From positions 8,556,001-8,620,000 of the forward strand of contig NC_087447.1 in the NCBI RefSeq assembly GCF_036321535.1: DNA of 64,000 bases, in the 5' to 3' direction. Position numbers and translations under genes: made by a program. The first letter of the stretch is position 1, and each line of letters starts with the position of its first letter. This DNA comes from Camelus dromedarius (lineage: Eukaryota). A model generated the notes under the pieces. That model had not been told where the DNA came from. It was given only the letters and a program-made list of their open reading frames with translations, and made no database searches. This document shows positions 45,817 to 62,572 of the stretch, in pieces.

Positions 45817-45824
45817 GGCCGGGC

Positions 45825-45830
45825 TTTATT
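45825..45830 (-). terminator. TAF6L polyadenylation signal
   Basis: AATAAA on the minus strand, 25 nt after the TAF6L stop. Confidence 0.8.
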
Positions 45831-45855
45831 CACGGAGGTAGGGACGAGCGCCGCC

Positions 45856-48800
45856 TCAGAGCGGCAGGTATAGCGAGTAGTCCGAGAGCGCCCAGCGGCG
45901 GGCCGGGCGGCCGGTGCGGCCGATCATCGGCAGCTTCTGCACGTAGCGGGAGGCCGGACTGGGCCCGTACGGCGCGGGGAAGGCAGTCTGGAAGAGGCGC
46001 CCGCGGCATCGCCTCCCGGCCTGCCGCCCGGCGATGATGAAACGGAAGTGGGGGGCGCCGCGCGGGGCGAAACGGCTCTTCTGGAAGACGTCGCGGGTGC
46101 CGGCGCCTGGGCCCTGCTGCCGGGGCGCCCCACGCGCCCGATGCACGCGGGGCAGCGGCCTGCTCTCAGAGGCGGCGGGCGCGGAGGCCGACGGGGGACC
46201 GCCGCCCCGGGGGCTCTCGTCACCCTGTGGGCTGACCATGGCGTTGGCCGTCAGCTGCGGCATCTTCCGCACCGAGTCCGGGGCGGCCGCCGGCTCCTTC
46301 TTGTCCCCGGGCGGCCTCGGGGCCGTTGGCGCGGGCTGACCCGTGCCGAAGCGGGTGGCCAAGCTGTCACCAAAGAAGGCGTAGAGCTCCCGGTAGATGT
46401 CCGCCAGGGTCACCGAAGGGGAAGGATCCTCCGGCCCCGCGCCTCCTGGCGGCAGCGGGAGACCAGACCCAAAGCCTGGCTCTGCGCTGCCCCCGGAGGG
46501 AGACTCCTGCAGAAGGCTTTCCCAGGGCAGGTCGTCCGAGCGCCGGCACCCCCTGCAGCCTGGCCCACCCTTGTTGGGCTCTGCTGCCTGGGCCTTCATC
46601 TTCAGCAGTCGTTCTACGGCCACCTGTAAGAGCAGAGGGACCAGGATACCCAAGGACTAGGAGGAACCCGGGTCCATCAAGTATTCCAAAGTAAGGTAGC
46701 TGAGCTACTGAGCTCATACGGAGAGGAGAGGCTGGAAGGGGCTGGCACTCACCAGAATGGCTCCGTAGACTTTGTGCCCATCTGCTTTAACCTGGGCATT
46801 TGATACTGAATAATCGTCTAGCACAGCCTGCAAATTTGTCCAGTAAGTGGACAGGTGTGGGTACAGGACTCGTTCTACTGCCTGGAAGGGAGAGAAGAAT
46901 GCAGTGAGTGCCTCTTTTTCGCTTATTGCCTCTCAAGTACCATTTCCCATGAAAGATCTACTTTTATCTCTGATACTGGACAGGGCTCATCCAAAATTCC
47001 CTGCTTGGCATATTCAACCAATATTGATTTGGAGTCTCCTGAATTCCCAAGCCTTAATTAAGCACTGGGAGTAAAGAGCGGATACAAAGACAGACAAAAC
47101 AGTATAAAATGAGCCCATTATCACCGACATGTGCAAGGGCTAAGAGTGTAAGTAATGCCCACTGCCAACAGAGAAATTTAGCTTGCCAGCTGCTGTACAG
47201 CCAAGTACTGTCCTAGCTTAGATGTAAACTGGAACTCAGTTGAAACTACCTGCAACAAAAACAAAACAACTAATCAGAGTTTGATTATATAATTTTAAAT
47301 CCTGTGATTAACTTGGGGGAAAATAAGACTTCACAGAACAGGTGATACATGTGATAGGCTTTGACAGATAAGTTCTTGGGGGGGGGGAGTTAGGTTTATT
47401 TATTTGCTATTATTATTTTATTTGATGGAGATACTGGGGACTGAACCCATGACCTCGTGCATGCTAAGCATGTGCTGTACCACTGAGCTATGTATACCCT
47501 CCCCCCTTGACGGTTCTTTGGTTAGTCAGCTACAGCCTGAGGATTTGAAAATACAAGTTCCTAGAAAAATATAAGTATTCACTCAAGAAACATGAAAGCT
47601 CAAATAATTCTATAACTATAGTAGTTAAAAATCTAACCACAAAACACCATGCCAAAATTTACAGTCTATAGACATTCAAGGAAAAGACCATCTCAACCTT
47701 GTAAGAACAAATATAAAAAAGAAATACTTCCTCTCTACCTAATTCTATAAAGCCAGTATAACCCTGATACTAAAACCATATAAGGACAGTACATGAGAGG
47801 AAACTCATGATTGATTTCACTCATAAATACAGATAAATCATTTAAAATTTCAGTAAACCCAACAGTATATTTTAAAAATTCCAATAAAAGTTTTGCATTT
47901 TTTAAGACTATATCATGAGCAAAGTGAGTTTATCCTAGAATTGTGAAGATGGTTTACTATTAGAAAATCTATATATACAATTAACCACATTAACAGATAA
48001 AAGCAGGAAAACCATAGGATCAATTCAGAAGACGGAGCATTTGATAACAGTTAACATAAATTAATGATAAAACTAGGAATATAAAGTAATTTCCTTAATC
48101 TGAGAAAGGTATCCATAAACACACAAAGTAAATATCAGCCTGAATAGGAAATGTTATTAGCACTTCTTTTAAAACTGTAAATGAGACAAGGATGCCCATT
48201 ACCATCATATGGAAAATGGTATTAGTGGAAAATAAGAAAAAGAAAGTCATTAGGTTTAGAAAGGCAAAATAAAGCTGTCATTATTTGCACATGATATAAT
48301 CTACATTAAAAACCCAAAATAATCCACAGTTTAATAGTTCAGTAAAGTAGCTGAATCACTACACAAGTCACTTGTGTTTCTAAACACCAATAAGAAATTA
48401 ATACCATGAAAAGAAGACAGCATTACAACAGCATCAAAGAACAGCAAGAATCTAGGAATAAATTTAACAAGCTATTGTAAGTTGTCTTAAGGGAAAAGGG
48501 TCCTGAAAGACAGTGAAGGACCTAAAAAAATGGAGAGATGAGGTTCAAGGACAAGAAGACAATATTAATGTCAGTTCTCTCCAAAACTGACTAATAGATT
48601 CCACATAATTCCAATAAAAATCTCAATAGCAGTGAACATAATTTATTCCATGTAGGCAAGAGTGGTTCAGCAGAAATACCCATTCTTATAGCTTGTCACA
48701 GTGACAGAACTAAGGTGCATAATCATCTGATAATCTCCACAGATGCTAAAAAGATATTTGATAAAACTCAGTATCTCCATGTTTAAAATAGTATAAGAGG

Positions 48801-51800
48801 AATTGACAAATAGTTCCTTAATGTGATAAAACAGAATGGGCAGGGTGGAGGGTTTAGCTCAGTGGTAGAGTGCCTGCTTAGCATGCACGAGGTTCTGGGT
48901 TCAATCCCCAGTACCTCCATTAAAAGAATAACAACAAAAATAAATAAAATTAAAAACCCAGAAAGGGTGGGAATTTATGAAATAAGGGTATTATACTATC
49001 TGCCATGCAGGGTTTTTGAAAGATAAGACATTTATGTACAGGAAGCCAAGCAATCACTGAGCCTGGCCTAAGTCAGGAACTCAACAGACAACAGCAAACA
49101 TATACAATTTTTATGAAAAAGACACACAAACACTATTTTGCTAACTATACACAGGAGCTCTTATGGCTATGTGAGAAAGGCTAGGGTCCTCACCTTCCAG
49201 CCGAGGGCATGCAGCCCCACCACGGCCCCATAGTGAGAGCAGAGAGGTCTCACGGGGTCTGCCAAGACCTTCTGCAGGGACAGCAGGATCTGCTGATAGA
49301 GGCCACTTACGAGGTCCCCATGAGTCCTGTGGGAGCAACATTCAGTCAGGGGAACAAGGCAGGGCGCCGCCCAACTGGACTCAAGTCCCAGCACACAGAG
49401 GAAACAGCGCCCACATGGAACATTGGGGTAACAGACCAAGAGGCTGGGGTGACCGGCCCAGGACCTGACAGCTGATGGACCAACCCCCGGCATATTTGTC
49501 ACCCATCTGTAGAATCCCAGTGTGCCAGGGCATAACAACCAGGAAGCCTGAGGGGAGTGAGGGGAAGAGGCTCCCTGACCTCTCAATGTATGGCCTCAAA
49601 GCCAGAAGTTTCACCCACTCTCCTGCCCCAACCTGCTCAGCTCTGCAGCAGCCCCGCCCCTGATCAGCTCTAGGCCCAGTGGCTACCAAAAGATGTGGCT
49701 GAGCAGGAGGGCAGCGCCATCCCGCAGAGTCCAGTGGTCGTTTAAGGGGTTGATGGAGGCTGCCAGGGGTTCCAGGACACAGTAGAGGACACTGCCCACC
49801 AGCGAGCGGACATAGGGCCCCAAGCAGAGGTGTGGGTTCCGAACCAGGCTCCGTGCCACTTGCAGGAGCCGGTGCAGCTGCTCCAGGTCGTGGCTTACAG
49901 ATTTCACCTGTTGGCAGAAGAGGGTTGCTGAGGGGGACGCAAGGGTGCACAGGAGCCTGCCGTCCCAACAGCACCTGCCGTGTGCCCTACCAGCTGCTGA
50001 GTCTTCTCCCCACAAAACATTCCCCCCCTGCCCCAGCCTGGTCACTTACCCCACTGACCACATAAACAAAGTAAGGCAGGAGTGCTGCGATCTTGGAGTT
50101 CGTCTGCAGGTCCTGGAGAGCAATCTGGAAGGGAAGTGGCCACACTGCACTGGATCCACCAGCCCCACGTAGAAATCGACATTTTTTTGAAGAGCAACTT
50201 AGCACTTATGTATTAAAATTTTAAATGCTCATATTCTTGGACTCAGTAATTCTACGTCTACAAATTTAACCCGCTTTAAAAGAAACCCACTCACGCACAT
50301 ATCCAACACATAGCACCGTTTGTAATAATAAAGAACTGGATACAACCTAAATGTTCAACATATTTTTAACTGAGAAAAGCAGTTATTCTAAAACCAGATG
50401 TTTAGTATAATACTTTGGTTGACAATAAACTTTGTATAGTTTATATATTAAAAAAAATGAGTGGGTGGTTTTACAGAATTTCACTTCCTGCTTTGTATAT
50501 CTTTATATTACAGTACCATACTAAACATATGCTGGTATTTTCTAAGCGGAAAAAATACATTCCAGTAGGTAAAGGAGTAAAACCATCTTAGTCCTGAACC
50601 TCCACCACATGTGCCCTCCCAACTCCTCTGGATAAAGACACTGAGTTCAGGCGCTGTGAGAGTGGACAACAGCTAGTGAGGAAGGGACACAGCTCCCAGC
50701 CGCCCCACCCCCACCCCGTGCAGGCCCCTGCACTGGGCCTGGGAAGCAGCAGCCGAGCTTCTAAGGTGGGAATGTATGGGAGCAATAGCCCGAATTTTGC
50801 AAGGGAAGTAACAGCGGCAGCCAGACATGCGAAGATGTGGAAGATGGAAAACCCGCAAACAGACCGAGGTCATGTGGTTAAGCAGATCACCAACCCAGCC
50901 CTCCTCTGACTCTGGATGGAAGACGCCTGACACAGGCACTGTCCAGGGAGCTCAGTGGAGCTCGAGATGCAGCCAGGGCTGGTGTGAGGCCTGACCGGGC
51001 AGCCTAGCCTGGACCCTTCTTCCTCTTCTCCTTTCCCACTCAAGTCCAAGCAAATGAAAGCTGCACTGTGGATGCCCCAAGGGGCCCCAGGTCAACAGAC
51101 GCCCCAAAGAGTGGGCTCTGGAATTAGGGTGTAGGGAGACTGACCACCTGAGGCCCCCCCAAATGGCCCTGCTGAGCTGCCCATTCCCTAAGGAACAAGG
51201 GTTCCTCCTACAGTAGGAAGGGGAGGCAGTATTGGAGGAGAACCAGCCGCGGAGCACCATGCCCCTCACCGAGAGAAGCTCCCACCCCCATCAGTGTGGA
51301 GGGGACAGGAAGTAGGCATCTGAAGGAATTCCACGGTGATTTGAAAGTTGGACTCATGCCCCAGTTCAGGCCCACTCACTCACCTTCATCAGCTGTGGGT
51401 CATCCCCCAGCACAGCCCGAGTCACCTGCTGGTAGTACTTGAGAAGGTCATCAGTCAGTGAAGACACGGCGCTGGGCACTGCGAGAGGGTGGGCAAGAGG
51501 TGGTCAGGGTGGAACCCAGCCATCTCTCAACCTCCTCACCTGCTGCCTACAACCACCATCCCCATGCCCCCCACAAGGAGCCCGTTCAGACAGGACTCCC
51601 GGAGCACAGAGCCACCAGCCCCTCTGAGCAGCCTGCTCAGCCCTGACCTTGCAAGCTCTCCACACCCCTGCTCTGTCCACTGTCTCCCACCTGTCCACAG
51701 CCAGGAAGACTCCTGCTTAGTCCCCAAGCCCCAAGTTCATAAGCCTCAGGCTCTGGAAAGCTTCACTCAGCAGACCCTGGAAGTGTGACACCTTAGGGAC

Positions 51801-53612
51801 CCCAGCAGGCCACCCAGACTCCTGTGCAGGCATCCAGCATGGCCTCATGATTGCTTATAGATCTGGGATCTCATCTCCAACTCTGAGGCCTCTGGGCAGG
51901 GACCAGGGCCCACTCGGGACAGGCATCGCTCAGGCCCTGGAAAATGCTTGTCAGATAAAGGCTGACACCCTCAGCTCTCGAGGGAGGAAAGTCCAAGCAG
52001 GGGGCCCATTTCCCACACTAGCCCTTACCCGATCCTTGAGGTGCCAGGTTCCCTTTGCCATCTAGGTAGGAGACATGAACTAGAACCAGAGCAGAGAGAT
52101 GAGTCAGCCTGGGGTTTTGCCCCTTGTACCACCACCCACCCCTCTGGCTTCTGCCCCAGGCACAGCCAGCCCATCACCAGTCCTCTGACAGCCCAGTTCC
52201 TGTCCCCACCCCATGCAGGACCCCAGCGGTCACCTCTCACAGCTGTCTCAGCACAGCCTTTGGGGATGTTGGTGGCCAGGGCCAGCTCCACCAGGTTCAC
52301 CTCCCGGTCCTCAGGGAAATAGAGCTCACCCTCCCTGGCGGGACGCAGGGGCAGCGCCTCCTGGGATCCATAACCGCACACAGCCTGAGGAAGAGGATTG
52401 GGAGCAGGCTGAATCCAGGGAGGGAAGACATGCTCTATTGACCAGGGCAGGGAGCCCATTTGAGGGAAAGTCCAGAAGTCCTACAACAAAGGCGGGGGGA
52501 TGCCTGGGGCTTCAGGCCCATCACTAGGAACTTGGCTGGAATGTCCGGTGCTCGGTACGTCAGGGAGTAGAACGTGGTTCTTCCTCACAGAGCCGGAGGG
52601 ACTCTGAGGCCCACCCCTCGGGCTGCTGGTCCTCCGACTCTCACTTCGCCTGCCCAACTTGAAAACATGGCTCTCCTCTATACACAGCTTTCCTCCCTGG
52701 ACCCCCAGAACAACTGTACAGGACATTCTAACACCCACAGTTGCGCTCAGGCTCCTCCCTCCCCCAGAGTGCCCTCTCTTCCTTGTAACTTAGTCTAACC
52801 CAAACTTTCCTTTAAGGCTCAACTCAATTCCTATTTTTTTCAAGAAGCACTTCCTAACCTCCATGCCTCCCCTCCCTCTTCTGAACTCTTAGCCCCTGGG
52901 GCGGGGCCCAGCCATGAGCTTCCCTTGTGTGGGTATGTGGTCTTCACATCTCGCTGTGCTGCCAGCCCTGAGCAGGGCCTGGAGGAGGCTCATGCCAGCT
53001 GAGCCCTCTGCAGCCTGCCCCCCACTCACCTCCACACTGCTCCATCTGAGGGCCCTGTTGAAATCCTCGACGGTCAGCTTCCGCCGTTTGGTGTGTTTCA
53101 TGAATTGAGAGCTATTCTAGGAGGGGAAGAACAGAGTCAGGGGACAAGCAGCAGGGGGCAAACAACCCCCAAGGTCACATTTCCTCTCTGTGACTCCGTT
53201 TCTCACATGAAGAATGTGAATATGAACCTGCTTGGCCGGCCCAGCGGGGCTGTGGTAGGGAGAAGATGCCCAGCAAGAGCTCAGCTTGCTGGAAGCCCAG
53301 CTGGAGGAAACTCCAGAAAGAGCAGGGACTGACTGCCTCCACTGTGTTCCCTCCAAGCACGGGGCAGGTGCCTCACCTATACTTGTTAAATAACTCCTGG
53401 GGGAGGGGGTGGTCAAAGGGAGGAACCAGAGAGTTGGGAGGTATTGGGGGTGGGGGGGAGTGTACCTGGGTGGCCTCTCTGAGACGGTAGCACACATCCT
53501 CTGCAAGCAGGGCCGCCACCTCATCGCTCAGCTCCAGGCCTGTGCTCTCGGCCATGAGCCGGACAGACTCCCGAGGGATCTCCACAAACCGCCGCTCTTC
53601 GCGCTCTGACAT
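45856..53612 (-). CDS. TAF6L: TAF6-like SAGA subunit (PAF65-alpha), 618 aa, 10 coding exons
   Basis: Exons (minus) 53612-53466, 53116-53030, 52384-52234, 52079-52029, 51478-51384, 50124-50050, 49907-49687, 49326-49194, 46881-46753, 46623-45856; 1857 nt. MSEREERRFVEIPRESVRLMAE...ALSDYSLYLPL*. Confidence 0.97.
47400..47505 (-). mobile_element. tRNA-derived SINE (Vic-1-like)
   Basis: GGAGATACTGGGGACTGAACCCATGACC...GTACCACTGAGCTATGTATACCC. Confidence 0.88.
47580..48830 (+). mobile_element. Old, highly decayed L1 ORF2 fragments
   Basis: A-rich, with RT-region remnants (ACCCTGATACTAAAACC, GAGACAAGGATGCCC, CTACATTAAAAACCC). Confidence 0.7.
48844..48956 (+). mobile_element. tRNA-derived SINE (Vic-1-like)
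   Basis: GGTTTAGCTCAGTGGTAGAGTGCCTGCTTAGCATGCACGAGGTTCTGGGTTCAATCCCCAGTACCTCC plus A-rich tail. Confidence 0.9.
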
Positions 53613-54819
53613 GGCTCTGAGGGAGCTGAGGGTGGGGAGGATGGTTTGAAAAGCCAGCCCAGTCTCCCTTAGAGCCCAGGAGCCTGATTCCAAGCCCTCT
53701 AAACCAATCTTGCTGTTCTTGCTCCAGAATGCCCGAATAAGGAGCCACAAAGGCTCCTAGCATCCAGGTGAGGAAACTTGAGGCTCAGGGCACAAAACAG
53801 ACTTGAGCTGGGCCAAAAGACAGACGACAGTGACGCCTGAGAAAATGCCTGGCCTTGGGTTTACAGAACTGGGTCCCAGCCCTGCCCTACCACTTCCTAT
53901 GTCAGTCTGGCTGAGACCTTCAACAGTCTGAGCCTGGTAAAACAGTGGCGATAATCCCTGCCCTCCCTAACTCTCAGGGTGGCTATAAGGATGAAATGAG
54001 ATGCTGTATGAGAAACTCAGGGGCTGGAACACTACACACATGGAAGATATTACCACTGGTAATTATAAACAAAAATTTCATGTTTTCTTCCTTCTGATCA
54101 ACCAGCAGGTACTAAACATTGATGAAAAGACTACGTTAGCCCTGACAGCCCGTTGCTCAAAAGTCTTCAGTACTTCTCCACGACTCATAAAAGGAAAGTC
54201 CCAACTCCCTGGCTTGACATTCTGTGTTTGGTCCCAAATCTAGACAGCTGTTCAAGCTGATCTTTCCTCCTAGTAAGCCCAGCCTCGTGTCTTCCCATCA
54301 GGGCTCAGGCTGGTCTGTCTCCCTCTCTACTCTGAGTCCCCACCCCCTTTCTTTTCTAAGGCAAATCCGGTCTCTCTTTTGAGGTCTTCCTCATCTGGGA
54401 TTGTCAGGCTTTTAATAGTCAGGCTTTTTGCCCATTGTCTGGTCTTCCCCAGTTTGGCTACAAGGCCTAAAAGCAGGAGCATGCTCTTCCATTCACAGGA
54501 TACAGCACAAAAAGAACCCAGCAGCTGACTGACTCCAACAACACACAGCACAACTGGAAGGTTGGCCCACGCAGGCCAAAGGGAGGCATCAGCACCACGG
54601 GCAGCAAGGCCCAGTTTCACCATAACCCACCCAGGAGCTGCCACACCACTGCTCTCTGGCATGGCTGGTGACCTCCAGGTCCCTAAACCCAATGGGCACC
54701 TACCTGGCCTCCCCGCGGCATTTCTACCAATGCCTCCCCGTGGCCTTTGGAATAGAGAGCAAACCTGTGCCACAGCTCCAAGTCCTGCATGTGCGCCTAC
54801 ATCTGCCAACACCTCTTTC

Positions 54820-55240
54820 CACTCTCTCTTGTGTTCTGTATTCCCGTGACCTCTCTTAATTTCCTCAAAAACACCTTATTTCAGGACATTCACACATTGT
54901 GTTTCCTCTACTTGGAATGCTCTCTTCTTCCCCCAATCCCTTTGTCTAGTGAGCTCCTAGTCACTCTGAAGGAGTGTCTAGTCACTCCTTCAGATCTCCA
55001 CTTAAACATCACTTGCTCAGGGAAGGCTTCTCAGACCCCTACAATGTCCCAGTACTTTGCTTCAAAGCAGTTATCAGAGTTTGTAATTATACATTCCTGG
55101 AATTTATTAACACCTACCTCCCCACTAGATTGTAAGCTCCACGCTGGCAAGGATCATGCCTGTTTGCTCACCTTTGCATCCCCACCCTCAGACACGGTGT
55201 CAGCACATAACACGGTTTCAATAAACACTTGCTGAAAAAA
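54820..55240 (+). mobile_element. L2 3' end relic
   Basis: TTGGAATGCTCTCTTC...TAGATTGTAAGCTCC...TTTCAATAAACACTTGCTGAA. Confidence 0.65.
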
Positions 55241-55936
55241 GAATAAAGAATAGCGATTTTTCTAAGCACACACTATGCCTGAGGCATTGAACTAAGTGCT
55301 TTATATGGCTTATACCTCATTCTGTCCGCATTAATAAGATAGGTATTATGTAAGTATCATGGCTATTTCACAGCCAAGGAAATCAAAGCTCTGAGAGGCT
55401 AAATGTTAAAAGACTTTCTCAAGATCATCTGGAGAGCACTACGTCGGTAGGGAGCAGGCTCAAACTCTTGTTCCGAATCACGAAAAGCGGAGGGCTGTGT
55501 AGGGAACGAAGCCTGGATGCCCAGCCCGGAGACTTGGCGTTGGAGATCCGCTAATGTATACTCGTTAAGCTTCTTTCTCCATCTGTAAAATGGGAGCACG
55601 AAGTCCTGCCCACGCGGAAGTTTCCCTATTATGTGCCCATATTAAACGCCACAAAGTCCGGGCTCTAACCAACGTCTCCCGCTCCTCCACATCCTCAGTC
55701 ACTAGCCACACCGGTAAGGAGGCGTGGGAACTGACCTCTACAGGCCTCCGTGATGCGCATCCTCCCACCAAGCCTCGCTTCATCCCAGATCTAGAGGCGG
55801 TGGGGTAGGGAGGAGGTCAGGGGTTACCGAACTTAGGTCACGTGGGCAACGAAGGGGGCGGGCCCCCAGCGGAGCGGGCTCTAAGGCCGGTGAGCGCGCA
55901 GCGCCTAGCGGGACGGGCCTATGAGGGCCTGCTCAC

Positions 55937-56160
55937 CTGAGGGCTCGCGCACGGCGAAGGCTGTTACCGAGACCGCGGTGGCGGCAGCTCCCACTCACCC
56001 CGCTCCCACTAATTCCCTCTCTCGGGTCCCAGGCCCCGCCCTCCACGCACACAGCCAATCGGCGGGCGACTTGAGGCGTTCCCGCCCTCCAAGAAGCTTC
56101 TCGCCAAGCGATTGGCCACTGCGATGGCGCTGTGGAAGACCCAGGGCGCCAGGGATCACG
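55937..56160 (-). promoter_or_regulatory. TAF6L: TAF6L non-coding exon 1 and CpG promoter
   Basis: Minus-strand donor CCTCAG|GTGAGC at 55937/55936; CCAAT boxes near 56056 and 56111. The TSS is approximate. Confidence 0.65.
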
Positions 56161-57040
56161 TGATGCTGGAGAGTCGCACTTCTTAAAGCAACAGCTCTTG
56201 AGATTTTTGCGGGGTGTGAATGGCTCGTTGTACGTTTTAGTAAGCATGTTCTTAGGGAAGGCATTCCCAATCCCTTGGTCTTTGCTCCTGAGTTTCTGAG
56301 CACTTGCATTTACGCGACTGCAGCGAAGCTTTATACTTCGGCGTCTGCGTTAGTTTTCTTGCCTACTTGGTGGGGCTCAACTTACCTCTCCAACATCACC
56401 TGCCACTTTCCTTTCCCCGAAGGACGAATGGGGTTCTCGGTAGGTATTGTCTGCGGACAGAAGGGTGTTCTGACAGGGCCAAACACCCTGTGCAAGCTCC
56501 AGACTCCAGGGCTCTGCCCATTCTAGTACCGTACCTCGTATCTCCCCCTTTTCTGACCAGTAAGCCCTCACTTGTCTCATAGACTTCCTTGACCGTTTTA
56601 CACGCACACTCTCCCGAACTTGGGCAGTTTTTAATTGAAAAGCCGTGGGCTTGGTGAGTTAAAGGATGGTATTTGGAGTAAGACCGACACGAGTTCCAAC
56701 TCTGATACTGCTTTAGGGCAAATTACCTAATCACATTCTACAATCTGGAGTAATTAATACCCACCTCATAGGGTTATCATAGATTAAATGAGATAATGTA
56801 GACTGACAGTTGGTAGTGGAACTTGCACTCACACATAAGGAGGCAGACAGTAAAATTCCTTTCTGTCCATCCAAGATGGTATCGTTTATAATGGGCTATT
56901 TATTATAGAAGGGAGCTTTCTGCAGGGGAGCATAAATGTGCACACCTGCTCTTCCTCCCTCTTAGGGTTAGATGCTGCTGCTGCCTCTAGGAAAGATCCT
57001 CTGAGACCAGAACTGAGAAAGCCAGATGGATGGGACTGGG

Positions 57041-57054
57041 GTTGCCATAGCAAC
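57041..57054. promoter_or_regulatory. RFX X-box motif
   Basis: GTTGCCATAGCAAC, a near-palindromic match to the RFX consensus GTTNCCATRGNAAC. Confidence 0.5.
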
Positions 57055-58295
57055 ACCACCTAAGGAGACTAGAACCCTGCGAGTCTCTTCAGTCATATTC
57101 AGAATGACATTTGGAGTAATTTCAAGACTGTGCTTTGGATACTGGAGTGTCTACCCATCTACGCATGAAGGGAAGGCGGGGTATCCTGTAAGGTTTTGAA
57201 TCTGAGATCAGCTCAGCAGAATTTGGGCTGTTGGCAGATCTCCTTGTTATTGGTACGGACAGCCATTGTCAACCTTGGCGGCAGGGGCCACGGAAAGCAG
57301 CAATGAGACCTACATGGCCACAGATGGGGAAAAGGTGGTTCCCACTTATTCTCCAGCCACCCAGTGCTGGGCACAAAGAGCTATGATGATTTTGGAGTTA
57401 GATTATTTAAAAAAAAAATCACAGCTCCACTACTCACTAGTTGTGTGAACTTAGGCATGTTAGTTCATCTCTCTGATTTGTTTTATTAACCATACAGTGG
57501 GATGACAGAATCTGTTTCATGGAACTGTTGTGAAAATTCACTCCTGTGTGTAAAGGCATGTAAAGGACTTAGCATGTTCCCAGGCACATACTCCTCTTAC
57601 TATTAAGCCTGTGACCTCTTTAAGAGTCTGTAACTTTCAGACTCCCCTAGTACCAAGCCTTGTAAGATCAGAAGAGTCCTGGAAACCATCTCAGGCCATC
57701 CCCACTTACTCCCTTCCCGACCCAGTGCCACACCCAACATCCTCACCAGCAGTTCCATGAGCTGCTTCTCTGTCCATCAGTCTCTTCCTTCTAGGCCTGG
57801 TATTACTTTCAGGGTATCCCCAATACAACTTACAGATGCGTGATTCCATTTGAGAACTTAGGAAGAATTTTACTCTCAGGGAGATACATGGTGTTGAGGG
57901 CACAGGGAAAATCCCTACAACCTGTGTAATCAACTCAGTGATATGAAGGGTATCACAACCTGATCATTGTGTCCATGGGAAAATTCATTGCAAATCCAGC
58001 ACAGAAACTTTCCTGGACTCAACAAACTTGGAAACCTTGACACAGTGCTGAGAGCTGGAGATACAAAAATGAAAGGGAGGCATGTGAATCTACAATGATC
58101 TCAATAAAGTAACTGCAATTTTATATAATAAAAAAATGGAAAGGGAGACAATAACAAAATATGTGTTTTGTGACATACTACGGGGGTATGAATGGAAGAG
58201 CCTGTTGTCCAGGAATGGTGAGGTGAGGGAAAAGGAAACACATTCAAATGCCTTTTTCTTACCAGTTTCCAAGCACTCTTCTGGATGCTTCAAAT

Positions 58296-58510
58296 CAGAT
58301 TTTCTGGACCTTGACACGAGTAACATTTGGGGCCAGATAATTCTTTGTTGTGGGGGCTGCCCTATACATTGTAGGATGCCTAGCAGCATCCCTGGATCCC
58401 TGCCTCTACCCATTAGAAGGCAGTTGCATCCCCCACCCAGTTGTGATAACCAGAAGTATCACTGTGAAATGTCCCCCCGGGGCCAAAATCACCCCAGTTG
58501 ATAATCACAG
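58296..58510. mobile_element. MER20 (hAT-Charlie) DNA transposon relic
   Basis: CATTTGGGGCCAGATAATTCTTTGTTGTGGGGGCTGCCC...ATTGTAGGATG...AAATGTCCCCCCGGGGCCAAAATCACCCC. Confidence 0.8.
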
Positions 58511-59597
58511 CTTTGTATGCACTATGTAGCAATGATTATAATTAGCAGTTGAGTGCCTATCACAGGCCAGGCTCTATGCCAGCCACTTGCACAAACGATC
58601 TCTGATACCAGCAGCAACCACCCAAAGAGGGCTGTAGGACCACTTTACAATGAGGAAACATAAGGTCACCCAGCTAGGACTGAAACCCAGCTCTGTATCA
58701 ACCCAAATATTATGCTTTCTACTACACAGCTCTGCTTCCCATGGAAGTCAAGGAAAGCTAGAGAAAAAAATTTTTTTGACTGAGACTTGATAGATTAGTA
58801 GGCAGCAAGCAGATAGGTTGGGAAAGGGCATTCCAAAGTAGACAAATAGTATTGCAAAGGCATAGTGTGAAGGTGGGTTGCACATTTGTTTAATCTTCTT
58901 ATTTCATGTATTTTTGTTGATTTACCCTAATGAAATTTTGAGCCCTTTCACATCTTCGGTTGAGTTTAGCGTAGTGATTGATGAGCAAATAAAGGCCTCT
59001 GTTGTTTATGTGCCCATCCTAAGAAGGGCTGGGACCCCACAATCTGTATCACTACATTTTACTGTTCACATCTCCCTACCTGCGGTCTCCTCTTCCCTCT
59101 CCCCAGCTATGCTCTTGGGTATTTTTAAGGGTGGGGAAAGGGCAAATACACTGAAACGAGCCTGGGGCTCAGAGTGGCTCTAATGATAGTATCATTTGCT
59201 AAAAGCCAAAGACCCAACATGAGTGCCTTCCCTTCAATGAGGTCAATGTTAGACCTTGGAAAAGGGTTAGTTACATCCCTGGTGGCCGAGGTGAGTTAAG
59301 GCATCAGGCTAAGAAAAGAGGATCCAGCAAGCAACTGGCCCTCCAGACTTTTTTTTAAAAGAATTCTTACCAAAGAAAGGAGATGACACTTCCATGGGAA
59401 TCAAGAACTTTTTATGGTTAGAACACACAGACAAAAAGCTAGAAGTAGATGCTAAGCACCAGAACCAGATCTCTTCTCATGATAAGGTAACTCCCTTGCC
59501 TCCCCAACAGCACCTAGACTCGGCCTCTGCACAACATGGGAATTGTGACAGTCACACCTCCTAGGTAAGGACCAAACAAGGTAAGAGGTCCCGGTGC

Positions 59598-62572
<2,975 letters not shown>

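Noticed and set aside
45924-46717. Several overlapping ORFs around the TAF6L last exon
   Set aside because: Shadow frames of a very GC-rich real exon, where stop codons are rare.
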